64,000 nucleotides of DNA from Gammaproteobacteria bacterium. Lineage in GTDB: Bacteria; Pseudomonadota; Gammaproteobacteria; GCA-001735895. The DNA lies in contig JBNKUM010000118.1 of assembly GCA_050298595.1 (NCBI GenBank), positions 1 to 64,000 on the forward strand. The letters are read 5' to 3'. Both the position numbers and the translations under genes were made by a program. Every line of letters starts with the position of its first letter. Position 1 is the stretch's first letter. The notes beneath the pieces are model-generated. The model did not search any database. It saw nothing but the letters and a program-made list of their open reading frames with translations, and was not told the DNA's origin. This document shows, one piece after another, positions 1 through 10,093 of this stretch.

Positions 1-31
1 GTGCCTGCCCCGACTTATTGAGAAGTTACCT
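1..31. repeat. Right end of a family-A MITE-like element, cut by the window edge
   Basis: GTGCCTGCCCCGACTTATTGAGAAGTTACC matches the right ends at 17411-17439 and 23561-23590. Confidence 0.75.
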
Positions 32-83
32 TTTCTGCTGCTAGCTTATTGATTTAACTTTGACAATATTCAGGTCTGTTAAA

Positions 84-2801
84 ATGAAAAAAAACAACCT
101 CCCCCGCAATGCGACGCTTAGAAACGTTCCACTTGGAATACTCAGTATTGCCATTAGCGCCTTGATACAGGCACAAGAGACCGTCAGTGAAACATATACC
201 GCGCCCGACGCTTCACGCATAGAAGAGGTCATTGCCATAGGTCGGTTAAGAACCACCGCCGATGAACTTATACTCGAACGTATGGAGCAGGAAGTGGCGA
301 CCGATGCCATTGGAGCCGACCAAATCGGTCGCATAGGCGACTCTACCGTCGCTGCTGCATTGCGTCGAGTTACAGGGGTAACACTTATCGACGATAAATT
401 TGTATATGTCCGGGGTTTGGGTGAACGCTACTCAAACACATTGTTGAACGGCGCTGTGGTACCTTCACCGGATTTGACACGCAGTGTGATTCCGCTGGAC
501 ATTTTCCCTACCTCGGTCGTCAAGTCGATCGTCGTGCAAAAAGATTATTCCGCCGATATGCCTGCCTCTTTCGCCGGTGGCGTAGTGGATATTCGCACCA
601 AAGGTATCCCCAATGACTTTGAACTGCTGTTAGAAGTAGGCAGCGGCTACAACAGCGAATCCAGCGGCGATTTTCTAAGCTATGGTGGTGCCAGCGACAA
701 CTTTTGGGGTGACGATGCCAGCTCCCTACCCTCCGAAATCAGCCAATCTTTGGTTACCTATAAAGGCAGCTTCGACAGGAACAACATTCTGGCGACTCTG
801 AACAAAGATGGTACCACACATACGCTTGCTGAAGCTGAAGCCATCAATAAAGAAATCGCAACGGCGCTGGACCGCGACATCAATATCAAAAAGGACTCCG
901 GTGACCTCGACTTCAACGGCAAAGTATCCATAGGCGATACGTTTTCGTTCAATCTGTTTTCTCTCAATAATATGGAGTTTGGCTACCTGGCAAGTATTTC
1001 TCGTGATGCCAAGTGGCGCAATTCCGAAAAAATTGAGCGCGAACTATCCTCTCCATCCGAGTTAGTCGACTTTGCGGATCAGTCCATCCACAGCATAGAT
1101 TCTACAGCGAATCTCAATGTTGGTTTGCTATTAAACGATGAACACTCAATCGAAACGACCAGTCTTTTTCTGCGTAACACAGATGAAAAGATATCGATCA
1201 CGGATAGTTTCGGCAGTAACCGACCACTGTCGAGTGGGGCCGGCGACCGAACTTATTCGATTCGTTATGAACAACGGGAACTCACCGTCAACCAGGTTAA
1301 AGGTGTGCACGAATTTGGCCTGGAAACTCGGGAATTGTTGGGATTGGAATCCCTGGCCAGGCTCGATGGGTTGAAATTCAACTGGTACTTCTCGGATAGT
1401 AAAGTTACTACCGATATCCCCAACGAAGTCAGCGTCGGTGCCGATGTTATTTTTGAACCCGGCACCCGAGAAGAACTTTCATCCTCTGTCGTGCGCACAA
1501 GTTCAGCAGGTGATTTCCGCTATACAGCGTTGGAAGACAATGTGGATAGCTACGGCTGGGAATTGGCCTTACCGCTCACTCTCGATCGGTTCGCTATGGC
1601 GCTTAGTGGCGGCTGGGACTATCACCGCAAAACCCGTACCTACAGACAGACGCAATTCAGCCTCGGAACCAATGAAAGCGATGCCGATTCCATTCTATCA
1701 GGTTCATTGGATACTGTTTTCAGCGATGAGATTATTTTAAATCCAGATTCAGGCTTTCGGCTTGGGATTATAAGCGGCAATGCTGAAAGCTATATAGCGG
1801 CCAACAAAGTTACCGCCATGTTTGGTAAATATGATGTAACCTGGAATGAGACTATTCGTGTTGCGCTTGGACTTCGTCAGGAAAATTATCAACAAGTCGC
1901 CGTGCCCTGGGCACCACTTAACTACACCGGCAGTCAAATCCCCACTGATGTCGAAGAGTTGCAAAGATCCGTGCTGAATGAAGAAGACACCTATCCCTCA
2001 CTGTCAGTTGTTTACATGGCACAGGATTTCTGGGCACAAGATTTCCAATTGCGTTTTAGTTACAGCGAAACAGCCGTGCGTCCCGATTTGCGGGAGATGT
2101 CCAGCGCCAGCTACCGCGATCCAATAACCGATTTTCTTGTTTTCGGTAATCCCGATGTTATTCCTTCCAGGATCGATAACTATAGCGTGCGCGGTGAATG
2201 GTACTTCGACAATGGTGACAATCTTACCCTAACCACTTTCTACAAAGATATAACCAGCCCCATCGAGTTAACCGAAACCGCCGCTGCGGATGAAAATCGG
2301 GCTGTAAAGATTATTAATGCCGAAAGCGCTGAAGTCATTGGTTTCGAGGTAGAATTTTTGAAAAATCTTGGCGATGTGGCTGACATTCTTAACCCGTTCT
2401 TCCTTCAGGGTAATGCTATCTGGCTGGATACCAATGTCGTGGTTGGCAATCTGGCCGATGGACCTACTAACTCAGAGCGTCCACTTCAGGGAGCCTCCGA
2501 TGCGCTCAACCTAATACTCGGATTCGATTCTCCCAACGGCCTTCATTCGGCCACATTGTCTTACAATACATTTGGTGAACGCCTTTATTTCGCAGGCCGT
2601 AACGAAGAGCCGGATGCTTATGAACAACCCGCAAACTCCCTGGATCTTACCTATTTCTTTTATCCCACAGATGAGTTAACCGTTAAACTGAAAATGAAAA
2701 ATCTGTTGAATGAGGATATTGTCATTGAACGAAACGGTGTTGAATCACTGACCAAAACCAGAGGCCAGACATTTAGCATTAGTGCTAAGTACAATTTCTG
2801 A
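84..2801 (+). CDS. TonB-dependent outer-membrane receptor
   Basis: Signal peptide, TonB-box-like IEEVIAIG, plug motif DSTVAAALRRVTGV...VRGLGERYS and C-terminal aromatic beta-signal ISAKYNF. ATG at 84 preferred over TTG at 60. Confidence 0.95.
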   Translation: MKKNNLPRNATLRNVPLGILSIAISALIQAQETVSETYTAPDASRIEEVIAIGRLRTTADELILERMEQEVATDAIGADQIGRIGDSTVAAALRRVTGVTLIDDKFVYVRGLGERYSNTLLNGAVVPSPDLTRSVIPLDIFPTSVVKSIVVQKDYSADMPASFAGGVVDIRTKGIPNDFELLLEVGSGYNSESSGDFLSYGGASDNFWGDDASSLPSEISQSLVTYKGSFDRNNILATLNKDGTTHTLAEAEAINKEIATALDRDINIKKDSGDLDFNGKVSIGDTFSFNLFSLNNMEFGYLASISRDAKWRNSEKIERELSSPSELVDFADQSIHSIDSTANLNVGLLLNDEHSIETTSLFLRNTDEKISITDSFGSNRPLSSGAGDRTYSIRYEQRELTVNQVKGVHEFGLETRELLGLESLARLDGLKFNWYFSDSKVTTDIPNEVSVGADVIFEPGTREELSSSVVRTSSAGDFRYTALEDNVDSYGWELALPLTLDRFAMALSGGWDYHRKTRTYRQTQFSLGTNESDADSILSGSLDTVFSDEIILNPDSGFRLGIISGNAESYIAANKVTAMFGKYDVTWNETIRVALGLRQENYQQVAVPWAPLNYTGSQIPTDVEELQRSVLNEEDTYPSLSVVYMAQDFWAQDFQLRFSYSETAVRPDLREMSSASYRDPITDFLVFGNPDVIPSRIDNYSVRGEWYFDNGDNLTLTTFYKDITSPIELTETAAADENRAVKIINAESAEVIGFEVEFLKNLGDVADILNPFFLQGNAIWLDTNVVVGNLADGPTNSERPLQGASDALNLILGFDSPNGLHSATLSYNTFGERLYFAGRNEEPDAYEQPANSLDLTYFFYPTDELTVKLKMKNLLNEDIVIERNGVESLTKTRGQTFSISAKYNF

Positions 2802-2817
2802 TATTTTATTCTTGAAT

Positions 2818-2998
2818 GTTACTTCTCAAACACACTGTCAGACGGTCGTTCTGAGATAGCAGACCCAAACTGTCGAGGCATGGATGCCGACGCCAAGCTT
2901 ACAGGGGTGAGGCAAGCCTTTTGCTAAGGACTGCTTTGCGGCGCCACCGAAAATCCGCCACCTGTGATTGCGGGCTGGACCCCGGATTTGAGAGTGAT
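2818..2998 (-). mobile_element. Longer, diverged family-A-related MITE-like element
   Basis: The reverse complement begins CTCTCAAATCCGGGGT and ends CTGACAGTGTGTTTGAGAAGTAAC, like family A. It has an internal hairpin GTCGAGGCATGGATGCCGAC and lies between convergent genes. Confidence 0.55.
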
Positions 2999-3003
2999 TT
3001 CAA

Positions 3004-3282
3004 CTACAAAGTTTTGCCAATGTGATGCTCTGTTTCTTTCGCCAGCATTTCCCCATCCACTCTTTCCCTAAAAAACCTCTCCAACTCCTGATTAATAATG
3101 GCGTGCAATTCTTCCTTTCCCACACTTATATTTTCGGCGCCATCACTTTGGCTCACCGCGACTTCTGCGCTCGTGTGCTTGTATTTAAGGTAATTCGCGC
3201 TTTCCCCAGGGGTAAACAAGTCCCCAATAATCAGGAGAAGTGAAATAGACTGAATTACGGTAAGCGTTGCCAGCACCTTCAT
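3004..3282 (-). CDS. Small hypothetical protein with N-terminal hydrophobic anchor (92 aa), possibly truncated
   Basis: ATG at 3282 (MKVLATLTVIQSISLLLIIG). The stop lies within a few bp of the repeat element. Confidence 0.5.
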   Translation of the reverse strand: MKVLATLTVIQSISLLLIIGDLFTPGESANYLKYKHTSAEVAVSQSDGAENISVGKEELHAIINQELERFFRERVDGEMLAKETEHHIGKTL

Positions 3283-3755
3283 ACCCATACCCTGGTTGTC
3301 ATGAAATTTGCGACAGGAAAAACCTAGCAAGCATATACACTTTAATGTCGGTCGCAAAACGAAGCGACTTTAGCATCGCCAGAAAAAGGGAGCAATATGG
3401 GATACGATGTTAAAAGCGCCATAACAATGAGTTAAACGCCTTAATTGTCTGGCACACCGGTTTTGAAAATTGTGACTTGCTATACAAAAAAAATGTGCCG
3501 CATTTCCTTTTTTGGAGTAACATTACAACCGATTGCATCATTTAATTAAAAAATTGCACCTCAATCCCCAATATGCCCTAGAGCAACAAGGTAACCTTAG
3601 GAAGGGTACCTCATTACCTTCACTAGTATACAGCTCGATCGAGTTGCGATTTTATTTCAGACTTATCCACAATAGCTATTTTTTATCACTACCATTAACG
3701 AATAGTTATTTGAGACACAAAAAAAATTCAGTAACCTGTGTCCAGAGATTCCACA

Positions 3756-4442
3756 ATGAATCAGCAGGTCACTCTCGTGAAAGACGCTTTTAAAACTCCA
3801 GATGTTAAACCCCTTGTTGCTAGAATGGTTAACAATGGCTCTATAACCGATCCGGACTGTGCCAAAGGCAAGCTGCTAAACTGCGCTGCTCATTTATTTA
3901 AAACCAAAGGTTTTACGCGCACAACAGTTCGTGATATTGCCCGCGATGTAGGTATACTTTCCGGCAGTATTTTTCACCATTTTCCCAACAAAGAGTCCAT
4001 CCTTTGCGGAGCGATACAAGAAGCGTTGTTAATCGCCACCGAAAAAATGAAAACCTCTCTAGAACTAGCTTCCACTCCCAAGGAACGACTGCTGGCCTTG
4101 ATCCAATGTGAATTAGAAGCCATCCACGGCCTCACGGGAGAAGGATTCTCTCTGATGGTGAACGAATGGCGCAGTCTTAGCAGCGAGAGTCAGGCAGAGT
4201 TGCTGACACTAAAGGACGAGTACGAAAAACTTTGGATGGATACTCTGATTGAAGCCCGAGAAGTGAATCTAATTGCAGTGGAGAGTTTTTTAGTGCGACG
4301 TTTTTTGATCGGCGCTCTGTCCTATACATACAATTGGTTTAATTTCGATTGCGGCATGACTTTGGAAAACCTAGCCACCGATACCTTTAAGATGATCACC
4401 CAAGACAGTTTATCTAACATGAACGGGGCGCAGCGGCAGTAA
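3756..4442 (+). CDS. TetR/AcrR family transcriptional regulator (KstR2-like C-terminus)
   Basis: HTH LFKTKGFTRTTVRDIARDVGILSGSIFHHFPNKESIL; C-terminal GALSYTYNWF. Confidence 0.93.
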   Translation: MNQQVTLVKDAFKTPDVKPLVARMVNNGSITDPDCAKGKLLNCAAHLFKTKGFTRTTVRDIARDVGILSGSIFHHFPNKESILCGAIQEALLIATEKMKTSLELASTPKERLLALIQCELEAIHGLTGEGFSLMVNEWRSLSSESQAELLTLKDEYEKLWMDTLIEAREVNLIAVESFLVRRFLIGALSYTYNWFNFDCGMTLENLATDTFKMITQDSLSNMNGAQRQ

Positions 4443-4523
4443 ACCCATCGTTGCATAAATTTTCGGCCCAGAGCCGCTTCGCTCCTTCTATAGCCACATT
4501 TTCAGGGTCGTGCACGAAAAATC
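4442..4523 (+). repeat. Truncated family-B MITE copy (left arm only)
   Basis: AACCCATCGTTGCATAAATTTTCGGCCCAG...TTTTCAGGGTCGTGC nearly matches 10094-10166. Confidence 0.85.
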
Positions 4524-4526
4524 AAT

Positions 4527-6134
4527 TCAAGCTATCGGAGCGAACGCCGTCATTTTATCCAGGTCGCTACCCAGACTGTGTGAAAACAGACTGCTAAATT
4601 CGCCCTGCCGGCCGTGCAGCGCCATGTAGTTGAGAATCACTGTATCCACCAGAGCGGTGACACTGTTGGCAGCGGGCGATGAGGATGTATTGACATTACC
4701 GTCGGCGGTAAAACGGCCCAGCTGCTGTTGACTTTCGCTGAGCAACTGGGGTTGCCCCGCTGGGTTGTAAACCAGGAAAAACGCAGCGGCGGTCTGTTGA
4801 TTGTCCCCTGTCCATACACCCTTGCCTCCCCCATCGATAGAATCATCCGTCATACCGTTGCTAAATACGGATCCGTCACTGAAGACGTAGAGCATTATTG
4901 GCGTTCCCAGATTGGCGGCGTATTGCAGACAGGCGCCGATACAGCGCCCGGCGCGTTCATCGCGCAACTCTCCGGTGGCGCGGTCTCCAGTGTGGTAATC
5001 GTAACCGCCCATGGTAATCGTGCCGGCCCCTGCGAGCCCGGAGCCCACCAACTTGAGAATAGAAGCTGTTTTGGCAAATTCCCTGTCGTCCATATCCGCC
5101 AGAGAAAAAGGCGCACTGGCATTATCATCACTGACCAGGAGCGAATCACCTCTCGGGTCAAGGGCATCCGAACTGCTGTACTTATTGGTCAGATAAGCGC
5201 TTTCAACATAACCGCAGCGCAGAAGGTCTTCACGAATCACCGCATCCTTGCTGCGGCCACTGTCCTTATACGGAGCTGTCAAACCCGTATCGACGGTACC
5301 GATGCGCGAGTGGGAAATTTTGGCAATTGCCTCCATCACCTTCACCCTATCGTTCTGTTGCGGAAAGAAAGTCGCCAGATCGCCCACATCCACCAACCCC
5401 GTAACATCGGAAATGCGATCAATTTTTGTCGGCCGCACTTCGTTGTTGATCATTGACATGGGCGCCATGGAATTCCCCCCCGAATCGCTGTTGCGAGAAC
5501 CGATCAACGCCATAAGTTCACCGTTGGCTCCGGCGATATTAATGCCGTACATGGGATTATGGGGATTGTTTCCGGTATCGTTTTCGGAGCGCGCCGGAAT
5601 CACGGCGCCGTTGATCAGGGCGCGGTTGGCGGCGCTGACTCGTTCCAGAATACCCCGCAGCATGGCGCTTTCGGAGTGAAAGGCCAACCCCAGTTCACGA
5701 TTAATAAAATCGTTGCTGGCTGAATTGGCATTGGCGAGTGGCGGAAGCATATCCCCCGGTACTCCCAGCTTGCTATAGCCGGCTGTGCTTAGAAAATCCA
5801 GCTGTCCATCCATCCCCACCAATACGTTGGAACCGGCGATATTGGCACCGCCGGCCAGGTCGAAGCAGATAAAGGGAATATTACCGGTGGCACCGCTGCC
5901 GATACCGCACCGGGTTACTTCATTTTTAATGGCGTCGGACAAATAGTCGTTCCCCTGAGCCCAGGCCCGGGACAGATAGGGATTGGCAAACAGACCCAGC
6001 AGCGAGCTGCCGAAAACCGACCCCATACCTGCTTTAAAACCCTGGGCAATAAATTCACGGCGGGTTCGCGGACGACGGTGATCCGGGTGCTTGAGCGGCT
6101 GGTCCGGATTAAACAAGTTGCGACGCTTTGCCAT
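4527..6134 (-). CDS. Tat-exported DUF1501-like protein of unknown function
   Basis: Twin-arginine motif TRREFI, hydrophobic stretch and AWA cleavage site. Motifs DLAGGAN, GGYDYH and VFSDG resemble DUF1501 LxGGxD, GGWDTH and SEFGR. Confidence 0.75.
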   Translation of the reverse strand: MAKRRNLFNPDQPLKHPDHRRPRTRREFIAQGFKAGMGSVFGSSLLGLFANPYLSRAWAQGNDYLSDAIKNEVTRCGIGSGATGNIPFICFDLAGGANIAGSNVLVGMDGQLDFLSTAGYSKLGVPGDMLPPLANANSASNDFINRELGLAFHSESAMLRGILERVSAANRALINGAVIPARSENDTGNNPHNPMYGINIAGANGELMALIGSRNSDSGGNSMAPMSMINNEVRPTKIDRISDVTGLVDVGDLATFFPQQNDRVKVMEAIAKISHSRIGTVDTGLTAPYKDSGRSKDAVIREDLLRCGYVESAYLTNKYSSSDALDPRGDSLLVSDDNASAPFSLADMDDREFAKTASILKLVGSGLAGAGTITMGGYDYHTGDRATGELRDERAGRCIGACLQYAANLGTPIMLYVFSDGSVFSNGMTDDSIDGGGKGVWTGDNQQTAAAFFLVYNPAGQPQLLSESQQQLGRFTADGNVNTSSSPAANSVTALVDTVILNYMALHGRQGEFSSLFSHSLGSDLDKMTAFAPIA

Positions 6135-6182
6135 ATTCATTCCTGTCTGTTAACTTTTTCAATTTTTTTCTGGCTCAGGATT

Positions 6183-8759
6183 TTATTGCAGCAGCATCAC
6201 GGCGCTGCTCAAAGCCGTACTGCAGGCGGCTTTAACGATTGTCTGAGTGCGGCTGGAATCGGTTCCACAGGTACTGCAATCCCTCAGCTGTACAATGAGG
6301 GAATCCAATTCACTTCGGGTAACGGCGGAGAGACTCTGGGGACCTGTCAATGTCGAGCCGGGGGGCAGGTCTGCGCCGGCGACGTCCGGCAGATAGTCGG
6401 TCAGCAGCCTCATCAGCAGAGGATCGATAATATAATCCCGCCCGGCCTGAGTACTAAACGCCATACTGACATCAGCACTGAAATTGAAATCCCGAAATAC
6501 CTGCGCCCGCAACGCACTGTCATCCACCAGTTCCCCGCAGTAACTGGCCGCCAGCTGCACAATCCCCATCTGGTGCGAGGAAAGGAAACCATCGACATTG
6601 GGTACCGAAGGCATCTGTTGCTTGACGGTTGCGAACACTTGCTGAACATTCGCGTTGGCGCGAGTAACCCCGGTAAGCTTGGCAAAGGTCGCATCGATTT
6701 CTTCAAATGTCCGCAGCCCAAGCCGCGACTGTTTGTCGAAATCCACGGGTTCGTTGGGTACAGGTGCGGCACTCGAGGGACGATTGTAGCTGCGGGTGCC
6801 GAACTGATCGAAGGTAAGGAAGAACTCGTCCTGCTCCGGCCCCTGTTCCACCGCCATCACCGCCCCCAGCCGGGACAGACGTTGGCGCTGCTCGGCGGCA
6901 TAGTCGGCGCTGTTGACTGTGACATCAATATTGGCAAATGCCTGTCCCACAGGCGCTTCGCGACCGTTGACACCGATGCGAATTCCGCGAATAGGGATAG
7001 TGCCCGGGTCGGCATCCGGGTCGAGAATCTGAAAAAAGGGCTCGCTAAACAAGTAGCTGGAGATATCGTAGACCTGCACCTGAAACACAACGTAGGCGTC
7101 GCTGATGCCGTCGAGCAGATGCGATACGCTGAACATCAAATAGAATTTTTCCCCAACCCCGGCTTCATAGTTGTCTTGGATCTGGTCGTCCGTCATTATC
7201 CGATTGTAAATCGCCAGCAGCCGCACCGTTCCTTCCCAAAGATCATCGTTGGACACTTCGCTGCCCAATACAAGAGCATAGCTGTCATCCCAGTCCGCCA
7301 GATTGCCGCCGCCGGCGACGTCCAAATCTCCTGTGAACTCACCGTTTACGTAAATACGCCGGCCATTGAGCGGATCGAATGTCGCCACCACATGCTGTAG
7401 CGTTGCCTGCAAAACTTCAGCATCGTCATCGGTTGAAAGCGCCGGCGTGCCGTTTCCATCGGTAGCAGAACTGCGATTGAGGAAATCGTAATTGTACATG
7501 CTTTGGCCGAGGGTGAAGTTGCGAATATCGTCGCCGCCGGAATAGGCAATGATCCGTGCCGGACCTTCCTGGGTAACGTTTCCAGGCACGACCCAGGCTT
7601 CGAGACTGTACTCCCCCGTAGCTGAAATCAGATCGTAAAGCTTGCGGCTGGCGGTTGTAGATGCCTGCGCCTTGCCACCGCTCAGCCGCAGGCCAAATGA
7701 CGACAGTTTCTCCACCTCGCCGCTGAGATTTAAATTTAGCGCCGGGTCGACACCGCTGGTATCGAATGCCGTCGTGCTCACCGCTTTATCCTTGAATTCA
7801 TACAATGCAATTGCATTGGTGTCGTTGCGCCCGCCACTGCTGGCCAACACGCCGTCTCCGGCCAAGTTTACCGCCTTGCTCACCACCAGTGTGTCTGTGT
7901 CGACAGCGGTGGTTTCAATGCTGTCGGCAAAGGTCTGAATCAGATTCTGAACCGTCGCCGCGTTAGTCGCACAGGTTTCTCCGATCGCGGCATTTTCCCA
8001 GCAATTGTGGAATTCATTTTTTAATCGGACGACAAAGCGCGAGTTCGCCGGGTTGTTCAAATCCATTTTGCTTTTGGCATTTTCATAGGCGGTGGCGATA
8101 TCGCTGCTGGAAAAATACGGCTGCTGCTGCATGCGCTCGCCGTCTTCGGCGTGACAGGCCAGGCAGTTGGCACGATCCGGGTCTCGAAACAGATTCCACA
8201 GCAGAGTAAAACCGGCGGCGCTGTCGGGAAAAAACTTGGTTTCCCCCGGGTCGCGAATTTGATCGTCAGCCAGCGGCTGAAGCACAATCACGTTGTTTGC
8301 GCCACCCGCCACATTAGCCCATGCTTCGATATAGTTAGTGATAATCTCGGCGCACACCGAGGCGCTGCTCTCCCAGCAATTGTGACCGCCGCCAACTTTT
8401 TCCACCATGCGGGAACTGGAGGGCACGGTTAAATCGACAATACTATTGGCCGCGACATAAGCCAGGTTGATATCGTCGTCGCGGACAAAGGCCGGTGCCT
8501 GCCCGCCGCTGCCATGGCAGCCGCCACAGCGGTTTTCCCCCGCCAGATTGTTCCAGACATTGATTTTAAAATTCTTGACGTCTTCGGTATCCTCCGCCGG
8601 TCCTTTGTACACGACACCGCCGGTGGCGGGTGGTTCGGTCAAATCCGGGTTGGACGCATTGTCCGAATTGCTGCCGGAGCTGCAACCGGTAAATCCGGAA
8701 GTCATGCTGACGGCAAGCGCAACAATGCATAGCAGTTTTATGGTTCGCACCCCCACCAT
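6183..8759 (-). CDS. Lipoprotein with two c-type heme domains and a LamG/concanavalin-like jellyroll
   Basis: Lipobox FTGC; CGGCH and CLACH; LamG signatures (YSLEAWV, LQHVVATFD, RIYVNG, WEGTVRLLAIYNR). Confidence 0.85.
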   Translation of the reverse strand: MVGVRTIKLLCIVALAVSMTSGFTGCSSGSNSDNASNPDLTEPPATGGVVYKGPAEDTEDVKNFKINVWNNLAGENRCGGCHGSGGQAPAFVRDDDINLAYVAANSIVDLTVPSSSRMVEKVGGGHNCWESSASVCAEIITNYIEAWANVAGGANNVIVLQPLADDQIRDPGETKFFPDSAAGFTLLWNLFRDPDRANCLACHAEDGERMQQQPYFSSSDIATAYENAKSKMDLNNPANSRFVVRLKNEFHNCWENAAIGETCATNAATVQNLIQTFADSIETTAVDTDTLVVSKAVNLAGDGVLASSGGRNDTNAIALYEFKDKAVSTTAFDTSGVDPALNLNLSGEVEKLSSFGLRLSGGKAQASTTASRKLYDLISATGEYSLEAWVVPGNVTQEGPARIIAYSGGDDIRNFTLGQSMYNYDFLNRSSATDGNGTPALSTDDDAEVLQATLQHVVATFDPLNGRRIYVNGEFTGDLDVAGGGNLADWDDSYALVLGSEVSNDDLWEGTVRLLAIYNRIMTDDQIQDNYEAGVGEKFYLMFSVSHLLDGISDAYVVFQVQVYDISSYLFSEPFFQILDPDADPGTIPIRGIRIGVNGREAPVGQAFANIDVTVNSADYAAEQRQRLSRLGAVMAVEQGPEQDEFFLTFDQFGTRSYNRPSSAAPVPNEPVDFDKQSRLGLRTFEEIDATFAKLTGVTRANANVQQVFATVKQQMPSVPNVDGFLSSHQMGIVQLAASYCGELVDDSALRAQVFRDFNFSADVSMAFSTQAGRDYIIDPLLMRLLTDYLPDVAGADLPPGSTLTGPQSLSAVTRSELDSLIVQLRDCSTCGTDSSRTQTIVKAACSTALSSAVMLLQ

Positions 8760-8760
8760 C

Positions 8761-10044
8761 TTATTCTCCCATGCAATAGTCGGCGGATTCGGCGAACACC
8801 CGCTTGAATTTGAAATTGTGACTTCGAAAGCTGGCGGTCATGGCCTCAATCTGGTCACGGTCGGCCTGGTCTTCCGGCTCCCGCAGGCACACAGCGCGAA
8901 ATGCTTTCGTCACCTGACATTGAGCGAAGGCTTCGCTGCCGGCCAGCTCGCGGCCCATGCTGGCGGCGCCGTTGCCGTAGCCCGGCAGGCCGTCGCCGCT
9001 CCAGTCCCAGCCCAGGAGCTGGTTGGGCCCCTGGCGCCAATAGTTATCCCAGCGATCGTTTTCAGTAATATAACCGTAGGGAAAATTCGCGGCGTTAATC
9101 AGGTATTTGGGCTGTACCTGCCCGGGAGTGTATTCGATGCTGCCATTATCGGTATCCGGGTCATCATCGGGGTCGATAAAATTGTAGTAGGCAAATGCCT
9201 GTGCCAGCGGATCCATGCCACTGTGGCAACCGATGCAGTTATTCAAAAAAACACTGGAATCGCCGCCGGGACTGCGACTGACGTCCTGGCGGATACGGTC
9301 GGGAATACGGCTGGTATCATGCACCTGTTCTAGGTCATTACACAGATGGTTGAGCATGGTAAAACGGAAATTAGCGCGGTTGGTTCCGGCGATAAAAAAA
9401 GCCCTGGCAGCGGCACGGGAGGTGAGCACGCCGGCGACCGCGCCCGCGGGCAGCCCTGTGACGGACGACTGGGTGCGGCTGACTAAGTCCGTTTTAAAGT
9501 CTTTCCCCTCGCTCTCAAATTGTTCGTAGTGAGTATTGTCGCTGTTGGAATAGGCCGGCAGACCAATGCCATCCCGGCCGACATAAACAACATCGCCGTA
9601 TAACACCGTACGAAAGTCCACTTCGTCGCGCACCAGCCCGATCACGGTCGCGGTATAGTCGTTGAGCGGTGCGAAAACGGTCTGATCGCGGTTGGTCCAG
9701 GGGGTGGCGAGATTTTTAAGCGTTACGCTGTAGAAATAATCATTGTCGGCAGCGTCGATCGCCATCAGCGCCGCGCTTACGCCATGACCATCACCGGCAT
9801 TGATATTGGGGTCGCCACCGTTGCTGGCTTGCATGGAGTCAACCATTTCATTGAGCGCCTCTTCACTTGGCAGAACGCCCGTCAGGCGGTCGTAAATACG
9901 CCTGGCCTGTTCGTTGATATCCGCCTGGGCACCGGGCGCGAAGGCAAGCACACCAACGACACAACAACCGATGGACAACAGGCGTTTTCGCCGTGGCTCG
10001 CCACACCCGCTGCCAGAGGTCTTAAGGGGATTAAATAACGTCAT
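8761..10044 (-). CDS. Exported monoheme c-type cytochrome-like protein (DUF1588/DUF1585-like)
   Basis: Signal peptide ending AQA; CIGCHSGMDPLA resembles the CxxCH...DP motif of planctomycete-type cytochrome modules. Confidence 0.75.
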   Translation of the reverse strand: MTLFNPLKTSGSGCGEPRRKRLLSIGCCVVGVLAFAPGAQADINEQARRIYDRLTGVLPSEEALNEMVDSMQASNGGDPNINAGDGHGVSAALMAIDAADNDYFYSVTLKNLATPWTNRDQTVFAPLNDYTATVIGLVRDEVDFRTVLYGDVVYVGRDGIGLPAYSNSDNTHYEQFESEGKDFKTDLVSRTQSSVTGLPAGAVAGVLTSRAAARAFFIAGTNRANFRFTMLNHLCNDLEQVHDTSRIPDRIRQDVSRSPGGDSSVFLNNCIGCHSGMDPLAQAFAYYNFIDPDDDPDTDNGSIEYTPGQVQPKYLINAANFPYGYITENDRWDNYWRQGPNQLLGWDWSGDGLPGYGNGAASMGRELAGSEAFAQCQVTKAFRAVCLREPEDQADRDQIEAMTASFRSHNFKFKRVFAESADYCMGE

Positions 10045-10093
10045 GACAATTACGACCGCTCCATATCGCCAGAGCCCGCAGCCGGATAATGCT

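Noticed and set aside
3663-3671. Perfect DnaA box TTATCCACA
   Set aside because: It is a single copy with no oriC context, and one occurrence in 64 kb is plausible by chance.
6078-7400. 440-aa plus-strand ORF
   Set aside because: It is antisense to the LamG/heme gene and has no motifs, typical of a shadow ORF from GC-rich codon usage. The same applies to 4728-5456, 8467-9333, 14005-14565 and 14634-15320.
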